Shown one piece after another: positions 55,243-64,000 of a stretch of DNA of 64,000 nucleotides. A model generated the notes under the pieces. It had not been told where the DNA came from and made no database searches. It saw only the letters and a list, made by a program, of their open reading frames with translations. A program made the position numbers and the translations under genes. Each line of letters begins with the position of its first letter. Position 1 is the stretch's first letter. Location: assembly GCA_964451325.1 (NCBI GenBank), contig CAYVHO010000004.1, positions 22,254 to 86,253 of the forward strand. The letters are read 5' to 3'. The stretch is from an uncultured Nitrospira sp. (lineage in GTDB: Bacteria; Nitrospirota; Nitrospiria; SBBL01; JAADHI01).

Positions 55243-56592
55243 ATGTGTTGTCGTTCTGCTTGTCAAGATTTTACTGTCTTAAAATTAAAAAATATGCCTT
55301 ATAGCCTTCGAGCATTTATCGGAATTTGGTTCCTTTACTTTTTATTTTGGACAATCACACCTGCTCATTCTCTGACTTCAGAAATGGGGCAAGTGCTGTT
55401 GTTGGATATGTTATTTGTCCTCATTATTTCAGTTGTGGCAATTCTAACGCACATTAGTCTACAGTTTTTATTTGGAATCAAAAATAATAAAAAATATTCT
55501 ATTGGTTTTTCATCTATCCTTTCACGACGGATTCTTACTCTAACCCTGCTCGTAGCTTTGATCGGTTTGATGGCTCTAATTTTTGATAAAATAGCAATAC
55601 AAAAAATTAACTATCTAGATGGGTTAGCCGGAGCGAGAGAAGAATGGCGTAGGCTTGGAGAGGCGCGAAAGGGAGCCTCCTCTTTGTACAGTATGATTGG
55701 TTATTTATTATCTTCAAGTTTTATAATAACACTTATTCCGATTGTGATGAACACAGACCAGGTTTCAGTAAAAAGAATTAGAATATCGCTAATGGCACTT
55801 TTTTTCCTTATGATGGCGAACTCCATTTTGATTGGTGGAAGGTCAATTATATTAATCACAATGGCGTTTGCATTCGCATTTTATTCGATTAGATTAGAAC
55901 GAGGAGGAAGAAAATACCATTTTTCAAGGGGAGAAAAAATGGGGTTATCGATACTCTTGTTGGTATCGCTCTCATATGTTTTGTATATCTTTCAATCCAG
56001 AGCAAGTGCCACGCATGGTGGCGTTATAGCATCTACTTACTTAGAATCAATGCATACTTACATGGGCATGCGTAGCTCTTTATGGCCTGCAGATCTAGTA
56101 GATGCATTTCCTAGAGTTGGTACGGTAATCGTATTCGCAATGCTGGCTGTAACTTATTTATCCCATAGCGCTTCTACCTTTGCCGAGTATTTGCAGCATC
56201 AATCAGAATATACTACAGACTCAATGATATTGTTGAATCATATCCGTGGAATACTCTCGAAATTGGGGCTAATCGATCAACAAAATACAGAGTGGTTCAT
56301 GTCTGGACGTTTCCCATCGTTGCCAGGGGCGCTATTTCACGATGGAGGATATCTTTTGTTGTTCACTGGCACATTAACGCTGGGTTTTTTGACAGGTATT
56401 GCCAATTATTATGTTCGGGCAGGTAAAATTTCTTTTTTGAAGCTTGGATTTGTTTCGTCCATTTATACGACGCTCTTTTTGTCCCCCTTGCTTTTTGTTG
56501 GTGATATATTGAGTTTCCCATTCATTGTTTTAGAGTTTATAATGTTTGGAATAATTTTCATAAGGATCAGATTGGTGATTAAATGCGTTTAG
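55243..56592 (+). CDS. Polytopic membrane protein; putative Wzy-type O-antigen or oligosaccharide polymerase.
   Basis: 449 aa with at least 10 TM segments and a large periplasmic loop. Cluster context. Start may be the internal MPYSLRAF. Confidence 0.4.
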   Translation: MCCRSACQDFTVLKLKNMPYSLRAFIGIWFLYFLFWTITPAHSLTSEMGQVLLLDMLFVLIISVVAILTHISLQFLFGIKNNKKYSIGFSSILSRRILTLTLLVALIGLMALIFDKIAIQKINYLDGLAGAREEWRRLGEARKGASSLYSMIGYLLSSSFIITLIPIVMNTDQVSVKRIRISLMALFFLMMANSILIGGRSIILITMAFAFAFYSIRLERGGRKYHFSRGEKMGLSILLLVSLSYVLYIFQSRASATHGGVIASTYLESMHTYMGMRSSLWPADLVDAFPRVGTVIVFAMLAVTYLSHSASTFAEYLQHQSEYTTDSMILLNHIRGILSKLGLIDQQNTEWFMSGRFPSLPGALFHDGGYLLLFTGTLTLGFLTGIANYYVRAGKISFLKLGFVSSIYTTLFLSPLLFVGDILSFPFIVLEFIMFGIIFIRIRLVIKCV

Positions 56593-58151
56593 GTCTTGTT
56601 TCCTTCTACTCATTTCGACCACATGTAGAACACCTTTATTATATTTCTAGTTTGCTGAAAGAGGCGGGTCACGAACTATTTTTTCTTACCTGTGATAGTG
56701 CTTTAAAAAACTGTTACGCGCGAACTCTTAAAGGTACTTCCAAGCTTACAGAGTGTCTGACATGCGTAGCTGGCGGAGTTCGTTCTTTTCCTGTCTCCAA
56801 TATCAGTTCGATCAAGCAAAAAAATAGAATTTCTCTAAGTGACGATGAATGCAACATGATTGTTTCGTCTAGCATATCTACTCTTTTGAGAACAGAAACG
56901 CATGAAGATACATATTCACCTGCATATAAATCTTTAAGGGAAATCTTTCATGGTACTGTTGAGACTGTTTATGGTAACGCAGTCGATTGGATTGAAGCTA
57001 ATCGGCTTGATGGTATCGTTTGCTTCAACGGTCGAATGGAAGTGACGAGGGCCATCACTTACGCATGTGAGCGTCTAGCCATTTCTTACCTTACATTCGA
57101 GCGACCATGGTTCAGCGATGGTCTGCATTTTATACCTCAAGAAAACTGCCTTTCATTAAAGGAGGTGGATCGCCTAAGTTTGCAGTATAGAGATATCCCT
57201 CTGACCGAGCGGCAGGCACGCCGTGCAGCTCAGCTCGTTGCTTCGCGTTTTGTCCGTGCCAATCATAAGGAATGGCGGGTATATAATCTTAACCCGACTC
57301 ATACTGAGTGGCCATCTAATGCTGTAACAGGTCCCAAGGTCTTGATCTTGCCTAGTAGTCGAAATGAGATTCAAGGTCACCCAGACTATATCGATTCTTG
57401 GAGTAGTTACACAGAGGGTTTTGAGTGGGTACTTGATGTACTTGAAGTTCCCATACAAAATGTTGTATTGCGTTGCCATCCGAATTGGGGAGAAAAAATT
57501 GGTCTTAGAGATGGATCAAATTCGGAAAACTATTATGCGTTCTGGGCGGCAAGCCGAGGGATCTACTCCATAGGCAGCAAAGAAACTGCCAGTACATTTG
57601 ATCTTATCCAGGATTGTGACATTCTCCTTGTCAACGGCAGCACTGCTGCTTTTGAAGCCGGCGCATCTGGTAAAAAGATTATTTGCCTCGGACACTCTGC
57701 ATATCAAGAAGCGGGGATTGCTGTACATTTGAATGGTAAAAGCGATTACAATAAGCTGAAACATCTAGAGTCCCATGATCCTACGGAAGTGATTCGTCGG
57801 ACCTTACGTTATGGTTATACAATGGCCCGACGCTTTGCTCAGTATGTCGATTATGTCCAAGCGATATCTCCAACGCGATATCGCTACTTTGCAGGTGCTG
57901 ATCCAGACAAAATTGTACAAGCGCTCCAATCTGGATTTCTTGAGGCTGATGATACAGAGATTGCCCCGGACGACAAAGGTGAGACCAAGATTCTTTCTTT
58001 GATTATGGAGAAAAGGTGGGATGAAATTTCGGCTTTTGGGGATGAAATGAATTCAAAACGGGTTCTGGATATTGGACGCCGATGGTCTTTGCGTTGGTTA
58101 GATGGTTTGCGTGAAAAGCTACCAAGAGGGGATCGCTGGCATGATAAGTGA
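56583..58151 (+). CDS. Uncharacterised 522-aa soluble protein in the glycan cluster; possibly a KpsS/capsule-biosynthesis-like glycosyltransferase.
   Basis: No TM segments and no canonical GT2 or GT4 motifs recognised. Position between the Wzy-like and GT2 genes. Confidence 0.35.
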   Translation: MRLGLVSFYSFRPHVEHLYYISSLLKEAGHELFFLTCDSALKNCYARTLKGTSKLTECLTCVAGGVRSFPVSNISSIKQKNRISLSDDECNMIVSSSISTLLRTETHEDTYSPAYKSLREIFHGTVETVYGNAVDWIEANRLDGIVCFNGRMEVTRAITYACERLAISYLTFERPWFSDGLHFIPQENCLSLKEVDRLSLQYRDIPLTERQARRAAQLVASRFVRANHKEWRVYNLNPTHTEWPSNAVTGPKVLILPSSRNEIQGHPDYIDSWSSYTEGFEWVLDVLEVPIQNVVLRCHPNWGEKIGLRDGSNSENYYAFWAASRGIYSIGSKETASTFDLIQDCDILLVNGSTAAFEAGASGKKIICLGHSAYQEAGIAVHLNGKSDYNKLKHLESHDPTEVIRRTLRYGYTMARRFAQYVDYVQAISPTRYRYFAGADPDKIVQALQSGFLEADDTEIAPDDKGETKILSLIMEKRWDEISAFGDEMNSKRVLDIGRRWSLRWLDGLREKLPRGDRWHDK

Positions 58152-58153
58152 TA

Positions 58154-58899
58154 GTATGGTATCGATTATTACACCAGCTTTTCGGGCGGGACGTTTCATC
58201 GCTGAGACAATCGAGTCAGTGCAAGCCCAAACGTATCGAAATTGGGAAATGATAATAGTCGATGATTGTTCTCCTGATGATACGGCTAAAATTGTGGAAA
58301 AATATTCTAAAGAAGATATCAGAGTTAAGCTTTTTTATAATGAAGTAAATTTAGGACCAGCAATGACCCGCAATAATGCGATAAATCGAGCGCATGGTCG
58401 GTTTATCGCATTCTTAGATAGCGATGATATTTGGTTACCTGAAAAATTAGAGAAGCAGGTTGGTGCCATGCAGGAAAAAGGGTCTGTGTTTACCTACACG
58501 GGCTATCATCGTATCTCTGAAGATGGGATGGTGGCAGGCAGACAAATTAGTGTTCCTGCACAGTTGAACTATGCTCAATTACTCAGAAATACCGCAATAG
58601 TAACTTCTTCCGTTGTTATTGATGTTGATGCCGTAGGTAAGATTCACATGAAAAACACCTATTATGATGATTATGCGTGCTGGCTTGAAGTTATGAAGCG
58701 GGGGTATTTGGCCCATAGCATTGATGAAGACTTAGTTAAATACCGTGTTGCCTCATCATCAGTCTCCAGAAATAAGATAAACTCAGCAATACAAGTTTGG
58801 AAAACTTATCGAAGTGTTGAGGAACTGGGGCTAGTAACTTCAATGTACTGTTTCACCAGTTATGTGTTACATGCAATACAGAAATATAAAAAATTTTGA
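58154..58899 (+). CDS. GT2-family glycosyltransferase.
   Basis: ..VSIITPAFRAGRFIAETIESVQAQTY...IIVDDCSPDDT.. with a DxD-like FLDSDD motif. Confidence 0.8.
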
Positions 58900-58941
58900 C
58901 TATATGGTCAACACCATCTGAGCTTATCTCAAATTTATTCT

Positions 58942-59919
58942 ATGAACGTACTTTTAACAGGGGCAACAGGGTTTCTTGGTAAAGCTTTACTTGAAGTGCT
59001 TTTGGCCCAAAAAATTGAAGTTGTTCCAGCTGTTCGTCACTCAGTTTCTGGTATCCCCAAGGATGTGGTGCCTGTTAATATCGGCGATTTGTTTGTGCTA
59101 GAAAATTCTCAAGACATGCAAGGGATAGAGGTCGTCATTCACTGCGCCGCTAGAGTACACGTAGTGAATGAGAGCGTTGCAGACGCTTTAGAGTTGTTTA
59201 GAAAAGTCAATACGGCAGGCACTCTAAGTTTGGCGAAACAGGCGGCTGATGCAGGTGTTAAGCGTTTCGTGTTTATTAGTTCAATCGGGGTTATGGGTAA
59301 TAGTAACAATCAACCATTTTTGGAGTCTGATTCACCTCATCCAAAAGGAGCTTATGCTATATCGAAATATGAGGCAGAAGTCAGGTTGAGAGTTTTGGCA
59401 GAAAAAACAGGTTTAGAAGTTGTAATTATTCGTCCGCCTTTGGTTTATGGGCCCAAAGCGCCAGGTAATTTTGGTCGTTTGGTCGATTGGGTAAAGAAAG
59501 GTGTACCTCTTCCATTTGGTTCAGTGTATAATCGACGCTCTTTGGTGGCATTAGATAATTTAGTGAATTTCATTGTTCTTTGCGCTGATTATAAGAAGAG
59601 TTCGCAAGCGGCAAATGAAACATTTTTAATTTCTGATGATGAGGATGTTTCCACGACCGAGTTGCTTCGAAAAGTGGGTAAAGCTTTTGGTAAAAAACCA
59701 CTGCTTATCCCTATTTCGGTGGTCTTTATGAGGTCCGTTGCTCGGTTGATGGGCAAAGAAGATATGGCCCATCGTCTTTTTGGTTCTTTGCAAATTGATA
59801 GCTCAAAAGCACGAGACTTATTAAAATGGCGAACCGTTACTTCGATGGATGAGCAACTTAAGAAAACGGCTCATGAATATTTTGAGTCTAGGAATTCAAA
59901 ACTAGGCGACTCATACTGA
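58942..59919 (+). CDS. NAD-dependent nucleotide-sugar epimerase/dehydratase (SDR family).
   Basis: ..VLLTGATGFLGKAL.. and the YxxxK motif (..YAISKYEAE..). Confidence 0.78.
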   Translation: MNVLLTGATGFLGKALLEVLLAQKIEVVPAVRHSVSGIPKDVVPVNIGDLFVLENSQDMQGIEVVIHCAARVHVVNESVADALELFRKVNTAGTLSLAKQAADAGVKRFVFISSIGVMGNSNNQPFLESDSPHPKGAYAISKYEAEVRLRVLAEKTGLEVVIIRPPLVYGPKAPGNFGRLVDWVKKGVPLPFGSVYNRRSLVALDNLVNFIVLCADYKKSSQAANETFLISDDEDVSTTELLRKVGKAFGKKPLLIPISVVFMRSVARLMGKEDMAHRLFGSLQIDSSKARDLLKWRTVTSMDEQLKKTAHEYFESRNSKLGDSY

Positions 59920-60003
59920 CTCTTGATTCTCCTGGGAAAAATTTTTATCTTGATGACGTGTGAGTATTGAAAGGCCGTCGTCATAAGAAGAAATGTTTTT
60001 ATC

Positions 60004-60582
60004 ATGAATTATTGGAGCAGAGCGAAGCGTCCTTTCGATTCGATTCTGGCTCTGTTCCTGTTAATGATTCTCTTTCTTCCCGTCTTGGTCATTGCTTTAA
60101 TGATTAAATTAACCTCTGAAGGCTCGATCTTGTACTGGTCTGATCGAGTTGGAAAAAACAATACCATCTTCAGAATGCCTAAATTCAGAACAATGAAAAT
60201 AAACACACCTGCAGTAGCAACTCATCTCTTATATAACTCAGAACAATACCTCACCCCAATCGGTCGCTTTTTAAGAAAATCAAGTTTAGACGAAATCCCA
60301 CAGCTTTTTAGTATTTTAAAAGGAGACCTAAGTTTTGTAGGCCCCAGGCCAGCTCTCTTCAATCAGGAAGATCTAATTGAACTTCGGACAAAACAAGGAA
60401 TCCATAAAATTAAACCTGGTTTAACTGGGTGGGCTCAAGTTAACGGGAGAGATGATCTGCCTATTCCCAAAAAAGTTGAGCTTGATACTTATTACCTCAA
60501 TCATCGCTCTTTTTTTTTCGATCTTAAAATTTTATTGATGACCCCATTTAAAGTAATGCGTTCAGAAGGAGTTAAACATTAG
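60004..60582 (+). CDS. Small PglC/WbaP-C-terminal-like phosphoglycosyltransferase (bacterial sugar transferase family).
   Basis: N-terminal re-entrant helix (..RPFDSILALFLLMIL..) and conserved ..PKFRTM.., ..DEIPQLFSILKGDLSFVGPRP.. motifs. Confidence 0.85.
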   Translation: MNYWSRAKRPFDSILALFLLMILFLPVLVIALMIKLTSEGSILYWSDRVGKNNTIFRMPKFRTMKINTPAVATHLLYNSEQYLTPIGRFLRKSSLDEIPQLFSILKGDLSFVGPRPALFNQEDLIELRTKQGIHKIKPGLTGWAQVNGRDDLPIPKKVELDTYYLNHRSFFFDLKILLMTPFKVMRSEGVKH

Positions 60583-60716
60583 CGGGGTTTAGCCTTTTGC
60601 CCTTGAAAAAATTAGGAATTCATGGTATCAAAATAGATGCAAGGTCTATAGAATAGACGCTGCACCTAGGGCCGCATCGCCATTTTATCAATCATCATCC
60701 ACTAAGAGTTCTAAGC

Positions 60717-63248
60717 ATGGGAAAGCGATTTTTTGATTTTGCTTTGGCGTTTGTTTGTCTTGTTCTGCTTTTTCCTTTCTTTTTTGTCCTTAGCCTAATG
60801 ATCAAGTCAAGCTCTCCTGGTCCCATTTTTCAGAAACACAAAAGGCTTGGGAAGGGATTTAAACCTTTCTCTCTTTATAAATTCAGAACGATTCAAGAAA
60901 ACAGTTTGAAGGCTGAATCTTTGGCTGGTGGTAAAGCCGAAGTCGAGATGACGCCACTTGGAAGGCGCTTGCGACATCTCAAAATTGACCTTCTCCCGCA
61001 GCTATTTAATATTTTAAAAGGTGAAATGAGTTTTGTCGGTCCACGCCCGGAAGACTCTGACTACGTTGCTTTATTTCAAAAAGAATATGAGACGATTTTT
61101 AAAATTTTGCCGGGGATCACAGATCTGGCTTCAATTGCCTTTATTAATGAGACGATTATCCCGCCTGTCTCGGATCGTACTCAAACAACTGATACACATT
61201 TTGTCCTCCCAAAAAAAACAAAACTGGCACTGGCTTATGTTGGAGAAAGATCTTTTCTGCTTGATTTGAAAATTTTATCTGCAAGTTTCCTGAATTTTGT
61301 TCTTTCATTTCCTTCTCCATTTAGGGAAAAAGGGACACCAGGAAAGCAAGAGATTCGTACTGTTATTTTCAATGCCCGCGCACAGATTATTTTTGTGGCT
61401 CATTCAATTGCAATTATTCTCTGTAACTACGCAGCATTTTGGTTACGTTTTGATGGTAATATTCCTGCAAAAACATTTGATCTTTTTTTGAGCACAATCC
61501 CCCTGGTTTTTCTCGTCCGAATGGGGGTGCTTTATTTATTTGGATTGAATCGCGGTCTTTGGCGCTATGCGGGACTTCGGGACTTACTGACGATTGTCGG
61601 TTCTGTCGTGACGGGGACTGTACTCATCTGGGGTGCCATCACACTCTTGCCCTGGCAGGGCTATCCGCGATCCATTTATTTGATTGACACAGTGCTTCTA
61701 CTTGTTGTTTTTGCAATGCTTAGAAGCCCTAAAAGGGTTTGCAGTATTTTGACCCATACGGGAGTCGGCGGACGTCGGATTTTGATTGTCGGTGCTGGAA
61801 ACGCGGGGGAAATGATTGCGAGGGATATGTGTCAGGATCGTCGCTATGGATGTCGTCCTCTTGCCTTCATTGATGATGACCCGGATAAACGCTTCAAAAA
61901 AATTCACAATATTCCAGTCGCGGGAAATTGTGAGGAAATGGAAAAAATTGTTGCTAAGGTCCGTCCTGATGAGCTTCTTATTGCAATCCCTTCCGCAAAA
62001 CCGGGCGAAATAAAAAGAATAATGGGTTATTGCAAGGTACTGAATCTCCCAATAAAAACATTGCCGAATGTTGCCGCAATGCTCGGAGGCAATCTTTCAA
62101 TGATGGATATTCGAAGTCTTGATATTGAGGATCTGCTGGGAAGGGCCGAGATTCAAATTGATGATCCTGCACTTTCTGAAAAAATTCGTGAAAAAAAGGT
62201 ACTTATTACGGGCGCAGGCGGATCCATTGGTTCTGAACTTTGTCGGCAACTTGCGGTTCTGCAACCGAAGCAGCTTATCTTACTTGAGCGACATGAAAAC
62301 AATCTCTATCAGATTGAAATGGACTTACGTGAGCATTTTTCGGGCTTGAAAATCGAGGGAATTCTTGCTGATATTTGTGATGCTGAAAAGATGGATCAGG
62401 TTTTTTCCGAATTTCGACCTCAAATGGTTTTTCATGCTGCGGCTTACAAACATGTTCCCATGATGGAGCGCAGCCCTTTGGATGCGATCCGAAACAACAT
62501 TCTTGGCACACATCAAATGATTTCAAAATCAAATTTATATGGTGTGGATGAGTTTGTTTTAATTTCGACGGATAAAGCAGTTTCTCCCTCAAGTGTCATG
62601 GGTGCGACAAAACGCATTGCCGAAATGATGATTCGTTATTTTGATTCCTCAAGTCAAACCAAACTCGTTTCAGTGCGTTTTGGAAATGTCTTGGAGAGTG
62701 CAGGCAGTGTTGTGCCACTCTTTCGATCTCAAATCAAAAGAGGTGGCCCTGTTAAGGTAACCCACGTAGATGTGAAACGTTATTTTATTTCTATCAAGGA
62801 AGCGGTACAACTCGTACTTCAAGCTTCTCTATTGGGAAAAGGGGGAGAAATATTTGTCTTGGATATGGGGGAACCGATTAAGATTCTTGATCTTGCAAAA
62901 AAAATGATTACCCTCTCCGGATTTTCTCCAGAACGTGATATTCCAATTCAAATCATCGGTCTTCGTCCTGGAGAAAAACTACATGAAGGGCTTTTTGAAG
63001 TAGGGGAAGAGGTCAAACAGACGCAACACGATAAAATTCGTTTGGCTAAAAAGAGAAAGGTTTCAGTTGATCTTCCTTCTTATATCGAGCGCTTCGCTAA
63101 GATGAATAACCATACAAGTTTAGAGGAAATCAAGTCTCTTTTGAAAGAGTTGATCCCAAAATATCAATACAAAACGGCGTGTCCGCAGCCTAATTTTCAA
63201 GCCGTAAAAAAAACCGCCCATCTAAAAACAACTTCGCTAAAAAGTTAA
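60717..63248 (+). CDS. Fusion protein: an N-terminal phosphoglycosyltransferase (bacterial sugar transferase) domain joined to a WbpM/PglF/CapD-type membrane-anchored UDP-sugar 4,6-dehydratase.
   Basis: Residues 1-200 or so carry ..KRFFDFALAFVCLVLLFP.., ..YKFRTI.., ..DLLPQLFNILKGEMSFVGPRPE... After a 4-TM region, ..ILIVGAGNAGEMI.. and ..VLITGAGGSIGSEL.. Rossmann motifs and ..YGATKR.. mark a CapD/PglF dehydratase. Confidence 0.75.
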   Translation: MGKRFFDFALAFVCLVLLFPFFFVLSLMIKSSSPGPIFQKHKRLGKGFKPFSLYKFRTIQENSLKAESLAGGKAEVEMTPLGRRLRHLKIDLLPQLFNILKGEMSFVGPRPEDSDYVALFQKEYETIFKILPGITDLASIAFINETIIPPVSDRTQTTDTHFVLPKKTKLALAYVGERSFLLDLKILSASFLNFVLSFPSPFREKGTPGKQEIRTVIFNARAQIIFVAHSIAIILCNYAAFWLRFDGNIPAKTFDLFLSTIPLVFLVRMGVLYLFGLNRGLWRYAGLRDLLTIVGSVVTGTVLIWGAITLLPWQGYPRSIYLIDTVLLLVVFAMLRSPKRVCSILTHTGVGGRRILIVGAGNAGEMIARDMCQDRRYGCRPLAFIDDDPDKRFKKIHNIPVAGNCEEMEKIVAKVRPDELLIAIPSAKPGEIKRIMGYCKVLNLPIKTLPNVAAMLGGNLSMMDIRSLDIEDLLGRAEIQIDDPALSEKIREKKVLITGAGGSIGSELCRQLAVLQPKQLILLERHENNLYQIEMDLREHFSGLKIEGILADICDAEKMDQVFSEFRPQMVFHAAAYKHVPMMERSPLDAIRNNILGTHQMISKSNLYGVDEFVLISTDKAVSPSSVMGATKRIAEMMIRYFDSSSQTKLVSVRFGNVLESAGSVVPLFRSQIKRGGPVKVTHVDVKRYFISIKEAVQLVLQASLLGKGGEIFVLDMGEPIKILDLAKKMITLSGFSPERDIPIQIIGLRPGEKLHEGLFEVGEEVKQTQHDKIRLAKKRKVSVDLPSYIERFAKMNNHTSLEEIKSLLKELIPKYQYKTACPQPNFQAVKKTAHLKTTSLKS

Positions 63249-63402
63249 ACAAATCAAAATTTATTTACTTCAACTTATATCAGAAATGTTTTAAGATGCT
63301 TCTGTTTTTATAGAGCTACTTTTCTTTTTTACATACAGACAGCTCATTTTGTCCACATCAGGCATCTAAGAGGTTTTTTGTGTTGTCCGGGAATATTCTA
63401 AA

Positions 63403-64000
63403 ATGAACGAAAAAATTGAAACCATGGAGGCTTTTTCTTTTCGGAGAATAACCTCTGTTTTAGATCAGGACTGGCAAAATAAAATACTCTTCTCTCTTAT
63501 TTTTCTTTTTCCTATTTTGACTGCGACGGTACGTCATGCTGGTAGTACAATTTATGCGATACTCACTTTATTGAGTTTTTTCCATTTCCGAGAAGGAACT
63601 AAAGTACTGAGTCTCAAAGAAAAGCGTTTTCTTGTGGGTTTTGCTGTCTTTTTTTTTCTGGCCTGTTTATCACTTTTTTTGACTGAAGATTTACGTGTGG
63701 GTGTGCAGCGCTTGGAGCGCTATGCCCGTTTTTTAGTGATTATTCCAATCTATTGCATGTTGCGCGGACAAGCACTCGAATCAGGAAGAACCTTTTTGGC
63801 GGGCTCAATCGTCGCCATATTTGTGATGCTTGCTCAAGGGCTTTACCAGATCAATTTTCTCAATGCCTATCAAGCCAATGGCGCCTATAACAAAATTATC
63901 ATGGGAACTTCCGCAATTTTGTTTACGGTCTTGATTGTAATTGGTTTATTCTTTTATGGAAAAAAGTGGGAATATGCGACCTTCGCAATATTGGCGATTG
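63403..64000 (+). CDS. Partial polytopic membrane protein that runs off the window; possibly an O-antigen ligase/polymerase family protein.
   Basis: ATG at 63403 opens a frame running to the window end; multiple TM helices; last gene of the glycan cluster. Not in the ORF track because it has no stop. Confidence 0.35.
   Translation, partial: MNEKIETMEAFSFRRITSVLDQDWQNKILFSLIFLFPILTATVRHAGSTIYAILTLLSFFHFREGTKVLSLKEKRFLVGFAVFFFLACLSLFLTEDLRVGVQRLERYARFLVIIPIYCMLRGQALESGRTFLAGSIVAIFVMLAQGLYQINFLNAYQANGAYNKIIMGTSAILFTVLIVIGLFFYGKKWEYATFAILAI

Overview
Bacterial chromosomal window of about 64 kb; roughly 50% GC judged by eye, with AT-richer accessory segments. Taxon not determined. It reads as a mosaic of core operons and accessory or horizontally acquired blocks.

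(1) 1-2.7 kb: the 3' end of a CzcA-like RND pump, then a small P-II/DUF3240-like protein, a HupE/UreJ metal transporter and a small secreted protein.

(2) 2.8-7.0 kb, minus strand: a complete high-affinity phosphate uptake operon, pstS-pstC-pstA-pstB-phoU. A small porin-like outer-membrane protein lies upstream of it.

(3) 7.9-12.25 kb: an inserted accessory island between the pst operon and phoBR. It holds a ParE/RHH toxin-antitoxin pair and a two-gene operon encoding a 654-aa patatin-like phospholipase (GGGxRG, GxSxG and DGG motifs visible) with a large uncharacterised C-terminal extension, plus a roughly 246-aa unknown partner. Upstream of that operon is a 560-bp AT-rich non-coding stretch and one copy of a MITE-like nested inverted-repeat element. 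This is my best candidate for an undescribed defence-type system.

(4) 12.25-17.9 kb, minus strand: phoR-phoB, then znuB-like, znuA-like and an outer-membrane beta-barrel gene with no ABC ATPase.

(5) 18.4-19.7 kb: a small mosaic of an apparent gene remnant, a second copy of the MITE-like element and a ParDE toxin-antitoxin pair, all bracketed by a duplicated roughly 44-bp segment.

(6) 19.7-25.2 kb: mltB, an HD-domain dGTPase-like protein, an orphan RND adaptor lipoprotein, a DUF3108-like protein, and an unlisted 50-aa YacG zinc-ribbon ORF.

(7) 25.3-35.6 kb: czcC-czcB-czcA, a P-II-family protein, an SPFH lipoprotein, a P1B-type metal ATPase with no N-terminal metal-binding domain, and an Old-Yellow-Enzyme reductase.

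(8) 35.9-38.4 kb: rpmB and recG.

(9) 39.4-64 kb: a large surface-glycan (O-antigen or capsule-like) locus. It contains UDP-xylose synthase; two Wzz-like proteins, one with 4 x 48-bp in-frame tandem repeats; a HepT/MNT toxin-antitoxin pair whose HepT is frameshifted in a T-run; and a full pseudaminic-acid pathway (pseB, pseC, pseF, a pse-associated methylase, a WbpG-like amidotransferase with HisH/HisF paralogues, a fused pseG-pseH, pseI). It continues with a flippase-like protein, a methyltransferase, a decayed IS3-family orfA remnant, a Wzy-like protein, an uncharacterised 522-aa protein, a GT2 glycosyltransferase, an epimerase, a PglC-like phosphoglycosyltransferase, an unusual fusion of a phosphoglycosyltransferase domain to a WbpM/PglF-type UDP-sugar dehydratase, and a partial O-antigen-ligase-like gene at the window end.

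No rRNA, tRNA or CRISPR array was recognised.
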